A stretch of 64,000 bases of DNA from Cyanobacteria bacterium auto_48_18 (lineage in GTDB: Bacteria; Cyanobacteriota; Vampirovibrionia; Obscuribacterales; Obscuribacteraceae), in the NCBI GenBank assembly GCA_036170915.1, contig JAVHQC010000032.1, positions 52,787 to 116,786 of the forward strand, given 5' to 3'. The translations under genes and the position numbers were made by a program. This document shows, piece after piece, positions 58,858 to 64,000 of the stretch (position 1 is its first letter; the number at the start of each line of letters is the position of its first letter). The notes under the pieces are model-generated. The model was not told the origin of the DNA. It saw nothing but the letters and a program-made list of their open reading frames with translations, and did not search any database.

Positions 58858-61800
58858 CTATTCGTCAAAGCCACGCTTAAAGTCACGCTTTCCGCCACGC
58901 TGTGGCTTATCGCGTTTGCTTCCTTTATAGTCGCCGCCCCAATCATCATCTTCATCAACTGGCTGGCGACCGCGTTTCTGTCTATTACCTTTGCCACCAT
59001 TTTTTCCTGATGCGGCATCTTCAACGGTGTAGATTTGCGGCTGGTGCGGCTTCTCTGTGCCACCTGATTTGTCAGGCTGAACAACTTCAACAGGCTCAAC
59101 TACGTCGCGAGCAACTACAGTTTGTTTAACAACAGGTTCCGGTGCAACAACTTCAGCCACAGGCTGATCGACCACAGCGGCCTTCTCTGCCCCTTGTCTA
59201 AGCAGGTCGGCCAGGCCTTGAGAAATTTGGCTATTGCTGTTATCTAAGACCACAGCCTCTTCATGCACAGGCAAGGCCACTTCTACAGGTTTGGTGTTTA
59301 ACTCGCCTTCAAATTGCGTCCGAACTTGCTCACTTGTGAGTTGCTGCTCTGGCTGTACTGGTTTTGGTTTGAAATTGTTCGCTTCTTCGCCGCGCAGAGG
59401 CTGTTCTACTCTTGGTCTTTCTTGCGGGCTATCTTGACCACGACGCTGGAAAGGTGGGCGATTGCCCTGCTGGCCAGGACGCTGGAAACCACCACCGGCG
59501 CCACCAGGCCCACCAAAGCCGCCTTCAGGACGTGGGTCGCGAATCTTGCCGCTAATTATATTCGAGACAATTTGTTGAGCTCTGCTCCAACCGGGATCGC
59601 TCTGCGGAATCAATCGATTAACCACAGACAGCGCAAAGGCTTCGTTTACTTCGCGGTTAGTATCATGGAAGCTGGCGTCTTTTCCCGTATCTCTTGCTTT
59701 ACTGGCGTTCTGGTTTGACTTATTGCCAAATTGAATGGCATCCATCATGCCTGTAACATCAGCCAGAGAGCTTGTGCGTGGCGCAACCAAATTGAGCAAT
59801 TCAGTGTATTCAGGAGCAGACTTTGTTGGGTCAAGTTTCTCTAAAACCATCTTCAAAGCATAGTGATTTTGTGTGCCCAAATCTAAAAGTTTATTGACCA
59901 ACGCAGGATTACCAGAAGCATTCTGCATGTCAATCGCTAAATCTAGCACATTCAAGCGATCTGAAAGTTGGTTGGTATTGGTGCGCGGTGGACGATACTT
60001 AGGATGTTTCATATCCACTATCCGCGCCGCTTCCAGCCAGTTGGCTAAATTCTGATCGAAACCGGCAGGGTACTCATAGGCACCACTACCGTCTTCAGCT
60101 GGTTTCGAAAACCGTTCGCGCAAACTCTTCAAATAATTGTTGGGCAGTGCTTCTCGTAAAACTGCCATGTTATCCACAGGCTGGCCTGCAGTCTCAGGAT
60201 TCATGTCGTTCTTAGTTTGCAGACGTTCGTAGGCGAGCTGAATGCGATGACCAATATTTGTCAGCTCGGCTTCAGAAAGTACACCTGGTTCCATTTTTTC
60301 AGGCGCAGACAAAAACTTGCGCAATGTCGGAATGTCTATCTTGGCATTATCCGGATTGCTCAGCGCGTCACGCACTTCGCCACGATTGAGCACGCGGCCG
60401 TTGCCAATCTGCATCGTCGCCAAATTATTGACGTCAGGATGCATGCCAGGCTGATTGGCTGGCTTGTAGGCATGAGTGAGCCAATCGGCAAAATCAGCAT
60501 CTGACATTTTGCCGAAGAATTCACTGAGAATGGTGCCTTTAACTGTTTTAGCAGTGCCTTGAGCTTGTTGAAACTCTTTAATAAGGGTTTCAGGCGTGAT
60601 TACAGCCCGGCCGTCCATGTGCGAGATTCCGGTCTGGTCGCCATTTTGCGCAGCTACGCGCTCGGCCAGTACCCGGGCAGCTTCGATGCGCTGAGATGCC
60701 ACAACGTCAGCGTCAAACACTTTAGGCTCTTGTGCTTGATGAATTGTCTCAGCGTCAGCGCGAACCGGAGCTTCTTTGAAAATGGTCAACGGTGAGTCGG
60801 TATCAACCGCGGCGACCTCGGTGTCATCGAGCGAACGACGTTGAGTAGCGGCCTGTAGCTCTTCGAAAAGGTTCGGAGTCGTCACGCTGCGCTCAGGGAA
60901 GCGACTGAGTATATTAGTGCCCAATAGATTGTCGATGACTGCGGCGTGCACACCGTTTTTAGTTTGGTTACCGTACTTATTCATCAAATCGACAAAGTCA
61001 GGATTATCACGCACCCACTGTTTAGCGCTTTCTCTGAACTGCATATGCTCGGCGGCGTTAGTGATAGGCATCCTCATAATGTCGCGGAACGATTCTTTAA
61101 CTGCTGGTGGAATCGGCTCACTTACTGAATCTATGCGCTGAATAACGCGCGTGAGATTATTTGCACCAGCATAAGCTTCTTGCACGATGCGATTAATCGA
61201 ACTGTCGCCCGTGAGCTCTGCCACCATGCGCAGTGGCACCTCGGCACCGCGACCCTGACCATACGCATAGTCAAGCAGTTTATAAACATCCACAGGGCTG
61301 GCATCATTTTTAGCCGCTGCCTGCGCCAGTTCAACACCTTCTTTAAGAGTGGCGATTGTCTCAGGGCGCGTATTGTACGCCTCTTTAATCAGCTTCTCCA
61401 TAGGAATATTGGCAAATTCTTTAGCCTGTTTTGCCAAACTTTCCATCGGTGTACGCACAGAGCGTCCTTCACCGGCCGCATACTCGAAGAACGCAACCAC
61501 GTCTTCAGGCGTGGCTTTGCCGTCAACAGCTTTAACTGCCAAACCAGATGCCTTCTTAAAATGGCCTTGCAGCGATTCGTGCACAGGATGCAACTGTGTT
61601 TCTAGTGCTTTCTCTGGTTTAACTGAAAGCTCTGCCAACTCATCAGGCACGACTTTTTTGACCACAGGCTGCACCAGATCGGCTGGTGCATCTACTATTA
61701 CTTCAGGTGAACCATCATCAATTTTTTCAGCGCCGGTTTTCTCAGCGCCAGTTTTTTCAACAGCTTTGCCTGAGTTTGCAGGTGGTAATTCTTCGCCGGC

Positions 61801-62913
61801 AAAGGCACGCGATTCTCTAGCCGGAGCCAGGTTCTGCGCGGCATCCATAGGACGAACTCTAGTTAAATGCACAGCACTGGCACCGGTGCCACCCGCCGCA
61901 CCATCAGTGATGGCTTGCAGGGCACCACGTTTAAGCATACGGGCAATATCGAAGCCCTCGCCAACATCTTTCTGCCTCATGAACTCGCCAGTGGCGCCAG
62001 CACTGAAACCGAAGGTTGCGCCCATGCCCATATTAGGCAGAAGCTGGCTTTCACGCGCAAACTTGCCAACGCTGCTGCTGGCTAAGTTTTCGGCAATCGA
62101 AGTGCCCGAGAGCATGCGGCCGCCCACTTTGGTCAGGCCGGTGAAAGCACCATGAGCGCCCATGAACAGACCGGCATCCATCACCATTGCTTGTGCATCA
62201 AAGGCGGAGCTGAAAGTTCTGCCTACACCACCACCAAAGCTATCAAGGGAAAGTTTACCGTCTTCACCAACGTAAGTTGAACTGGTCAGGCCGGTTTCGA
62301 ATACTCTTGAGGCCGTGCCTAAGGTAGTCCCCTTTAAACCAATGCTCAAATATTTGGAAGTGGTTGAGACGGCCTGGCCTTCTGCCGCCATACTGAATGA
62401 TTTGGCCCCGACAAAATCAAAAGTTTTCTTGAGGGCAAAACCTTTCGTGCCGCCCATGACTAAATTAGTGGCCGCTTCGCCTAAAGTGTCTTTTTCGCGC
62501 ACAGCGTCGAGGCCATAAGCGGTAATCGAACCAGCCATCATCATGCGCGACTTGGCGCCGGCAAACAGAGGTACGGCTTTGACGAAGGTTCCAGCGTAAA
62601 AATTGACTTCGTTTTGGCCTTTAACCGCCTCGCGATCGTTTTGAATGGCTAACTTAATTTCGTCGCGCATGCTGGCCACTGCCGGGGCTCCACCCTTGGC
62701 CGCGCGCTCTTGCGCTTCTTGCTTGAGCTTAGTGAGCTGTTCTAAAGTGTCGTCATCTTTGTGGTAAACCAGTTGCACGAGCTTATCGAGCACTGACTTG
62801 TTCTGGTCAGCTTGCTTGTGCATTTCGATTTGCTTACCAAGCGAGGCCAGAGAGCCATCGCCGGGACCAGCCTTGTCGAATTTTGAATTTAAGGTCTCTG
62901 GATTTTCAGGCAT
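58858..62913 (-). CDS. Giant hypothetical protein (1351 aa) with a Gly/Ala-rich hydrophobic N-terminal region and a disordered C-terminus
   Basis: Long ORF with no signal peptide; GxxxG-rich helices in the first ~350 aa; internal repeats; RG/Q-rich tail. Confidence 0.85.
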   Translation of the reverse strand: MPENPETLNSKFDKAGPGDGSLASLGKQIEMHKQADQNKSVLDKLVQLVYHKDDDTLEQLTKLKQEAQERAAKGGAPAVASMRDEIKLAIQNDREAVKGQNEVNFYAGTFVKAVPLFAGAKSRMMMAGSITAYGLDAVREKDTLGEAATNLVMGGTKGFALKKTFDFVGAKSFSMAAEGQAVSTTSKYLSIGLKGTTLGTASRVFETGLTSSTYVGEDGKLSLDSFGGGVGRTFSSAFDAQAMVMDAGLFMGAHGAFTGLTKVGGRMLSGTSIAENLASSSVGKFARESQLLPNMGMGATFGFSAGATGEFMRQKDVGEGFDIARMLKRGALQAITDGAAGGTGASAVHLTRVRPMDAAQNLAPARESRAFAGEELPPANSGKAVEKTGAEKTGAEKIDDGSPEVIVDAPADLVQPVVKKVVPDELAELSVKPEKALETQLHPVHESLQGHFKKASGLAVKAVDGKATPEDVVAFFEYAAGEGRSVRTPMESLAKQAKEFANIPMEKLIKEAYNTRPETIATLKEGVELAQAAAKNDASPVDVYKLLDYAYGQGRGAEVPLRMVAELTGDSSINRIVQEAYAGANNLTRVIQRIDSVSEPIPPAVKESFRDIMRMPITNAAEHMQFRESAKQWVRDNPDFVDLMNKYGNQTKNGVHAAVIDNLLGTNILSRFPERSVTTPNLFEELQAATQRRSLDDTEVAAVDTDSPLTIFKEAPVRADAETIHQAQEPKVFDADVVASQRIEAARVLAERVAAQNGDQTGISHMDGRAVITPETLIKEFQQAQGTAKTVKGTILSEFFGKMSDADFADWLTHAYKPANQPGMHPDVNNLATMQIGNGRVLNRGEVRDALSNPDNAKIDIPTLRKFLSAPEKMEPGVLSEAELTNIGHRIQLAYERLQTKNDMNPETAGQPVDNMAVLREALPNNYLKSLRERFSKPAEDGSGAYEYPAGFDQNLANWLEAARIVDMKHPKYRPPRTNTNQLSDRLNVLDLAIDMQNASGNPALVNKLLDLGTQNHYALKMVLEKLDPTKSAPEYTELLNLVAPRTSSLADVTGMMDAIQFGNKSNQNASKARDTGKDASFHDTNREVNEAFALSVVNRLIPQSDPGWSRAQQIVSNIISGKIRDPRPEGGFGGPGGAGGGFQRPGQQGNRPPFQRRGQDSPQERPRVEQPLRGEEANNFKPKPVQPEQQLTSEQVRTQFEGELNTKPVEVALPVHEEAVVLDNSNSQISQGLADLLRQGAEKAAVVDQPVAEVVAPEPVVKQTVVARDVVEPVEVVQPDKSGGTEKPHQPQIYTVEDAASGKNGGKGNRQKRGRQPVDEDDDWGGDYKGSKRDKPQRGGKRDFKRGFDE

Positions 62914-63115
62914 GCCCGTGGGTTCAGTGTACGCTCAACCTGCAAAGAGTACGTTTTTCAGTGAACGACAACAATGGGGAAGCTCCCATTGCACGCAAAG
63001 CCGAGCTTATACTCTTCCTTCCTTATGTACCCTTACATTAGAACGTTAAATCTACGGCTGAGCCGGGCATAGATAGCCCTGAAAGCCTTTCATTGCTGAG
63101 ATGTGATACGCCAAA

Positions 63116-63793
63116 ATGGCAAAAATTTTGCTGGTTGAAGACGAACCTGATTTTTCACTGCTCATCTCTCACCTGCTCGCTTCTGAACACCATACGGTGG
63201 AAGTTGCTAACAGCGGTGAGGCGGCGCTTGACCTTCTCGGGGTGTATCACTTTGACTGCCTGATACTAGACTGGAATCTCCCGGGCATAAGCGGCCTTGA
63301 AGTTTGCCAGAAGTTTCGGGCCAACAAAGGCGTCACACCAATTTTAATGTTGACCGCCCGTCAGCATGTAGATGACAAATCTGCCGGCCTCGATTCAGGA
63401 GCGGATGATTATCTGACAAAACCGTTCGAACTAAAAGAATTGTCTTCTCGCGTTCGCGCATTACTCAGGCGCCCCACGGCTTTTCAGAGCACAAATCTGC
63501 AAGTCGGCCTGTTTGAAATGGACGTCAACAATTTTAAGCTCACCCGTCAAGGCGAAGAAGTGACTTTGCTGCCCAAAGAATTTGCTTTGCTCGAATTTTT
63601 CATGCGCCACCCCAATCAAGTATTCAGCCCAGAAACATTAATCGACCGAGTGTGGGCGTCTGACCACGAAGCGTCACCCGAAACCATTCGCACCTATATA
63701 AAGCGACTGCGCAAAAAACTCGACCTTGAAGGCAAACCGTCAGCTCTGTCTACGGTTCACGGCGTCGGGTACAAATTTGATGCTTTTGGCTGA
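63116..63793 (+). CDS. OmpR/PhoB family response regulator
   Basis: ILLVEDE, ILDWNLPG, ILMLTA, GADDYLTKPF, wHTH KEFALLEF...YIKRLRKKL...TVHGVGY. Confidence 0.96.
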   Translation: MAKILLVEDEPDFSLLISHLLASEHHTVEVANSGEAALDLLGVYHFDCLILDWNLPGISGLEVCQKFRANKGVTPILMLTARQHVDDKSAGLDSGADDYLTKPFELKELSSRVRALLRRPTAFQSTNLQVGLFEMDVNNFKLTRQGEEVTLLPKEFALLEFFMRHPNQVFSPETLIDRVWASDHEASPETIRTYIKRLRKKLDLEGKPSALSTVHGVGYKFDAFG

Positions 63794-63874
63794 CTTTACT
63801 AAGAAGCAAAAATCGATCTAGCCCTTCCACGACTTTGCCACGTTTGCCCCCTAAACTGTTCTCATCGAACAAAA

Positions 63875-64000
63875 ATGGCGTTCAGCAAGGCGGCGATTAT
63901 GGCAAGAGTTGATGTTGTAGATTTGAAGTCATTTCAAAAGATCAGTCTGAGTGAAGTGCGTTATCTCAGCGAAGTTGAAATTGATACTAAGAAAAACCAA
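63875..64000 (+). CDS. 3'-truncated hypothetical ORF
   Basis: ATG 63875 (or 63899) is open to the window end: MAFSKAAIMARVDVVDLKSFQKISLSEVRYLSEVEIDTKKNQ. Confidence 0.45.
   Translation, partial: MAFSKAAIMARVDVVDLKSFQKISLSEVRYLSEVEIDTKKNQ

Noticed and set aside
58740..59099. N-terminal extension of the 57774..59099 ORF
   Set aside because: It overlaps the giant gene and runs through the intergenic palindrome; the SD and signal peptide point to a start at 58739 (or 58766).
62968..63090. c-di-GMP-I riboswitch-like words (hairpin followed by ACGCAAAGCC, later GATAGC)
   Set aside because: The 5' GGCAAA element and GNRA loop are missing, and the spacing to the 3' element is too long.

Overview
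This is a gene-dense bacterial chromosomal window of moderate GC. The protein families (many secreted TPR proteins, a DUF4388/degenerate-GGDEF protein, a giant low-complexity hypothetical) resemble non-photosynthetic Cyanobacteriota (Melainabacteria/Obscuribacterales); that placement is an inference. It carries two RND efflux loci (a MarR-controlled MdtABC-like operon and a TolC-RND-MFP operon) and housekeeping or metabolic genes (mutM, cax, glutamate dehydrogenase, a queuosine-salvage hydrolase, a macrodomain protein, a B12 radical SAM enzyme). It also has c-di-GMP and receiver signalling genes and an accessory stretch with an orphan adenine methyltransferase and a HicAB pair whose toxin has an internal deletion. 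There are four most notable observations. (1) A three-gene operon encodes a thiocyanate-dehydrogenase-like (TcDH) copper beta-propeller. An IS3-transposase-type HTH is fused in front of its Tat signal, one copper ligand is His->Gln, and a dedicated MacB/LolD-type ABC pair follows, but no cytochrome acceptor is nearby. (2) An unannotated, highly structured, pseudoknotted RNA of about 210 nt has its own promoter and terminator. (3) An (AT)14 microsatellite lies upstream of two duplicated atypical receiver genes. (4) An identical 30-bp palindrome occurs twice, 31 kb apart. No rRNA, tRNA, CRISPR array or intact mobile element was found. All family assignments come from motif recognition by eye, not from database searches.
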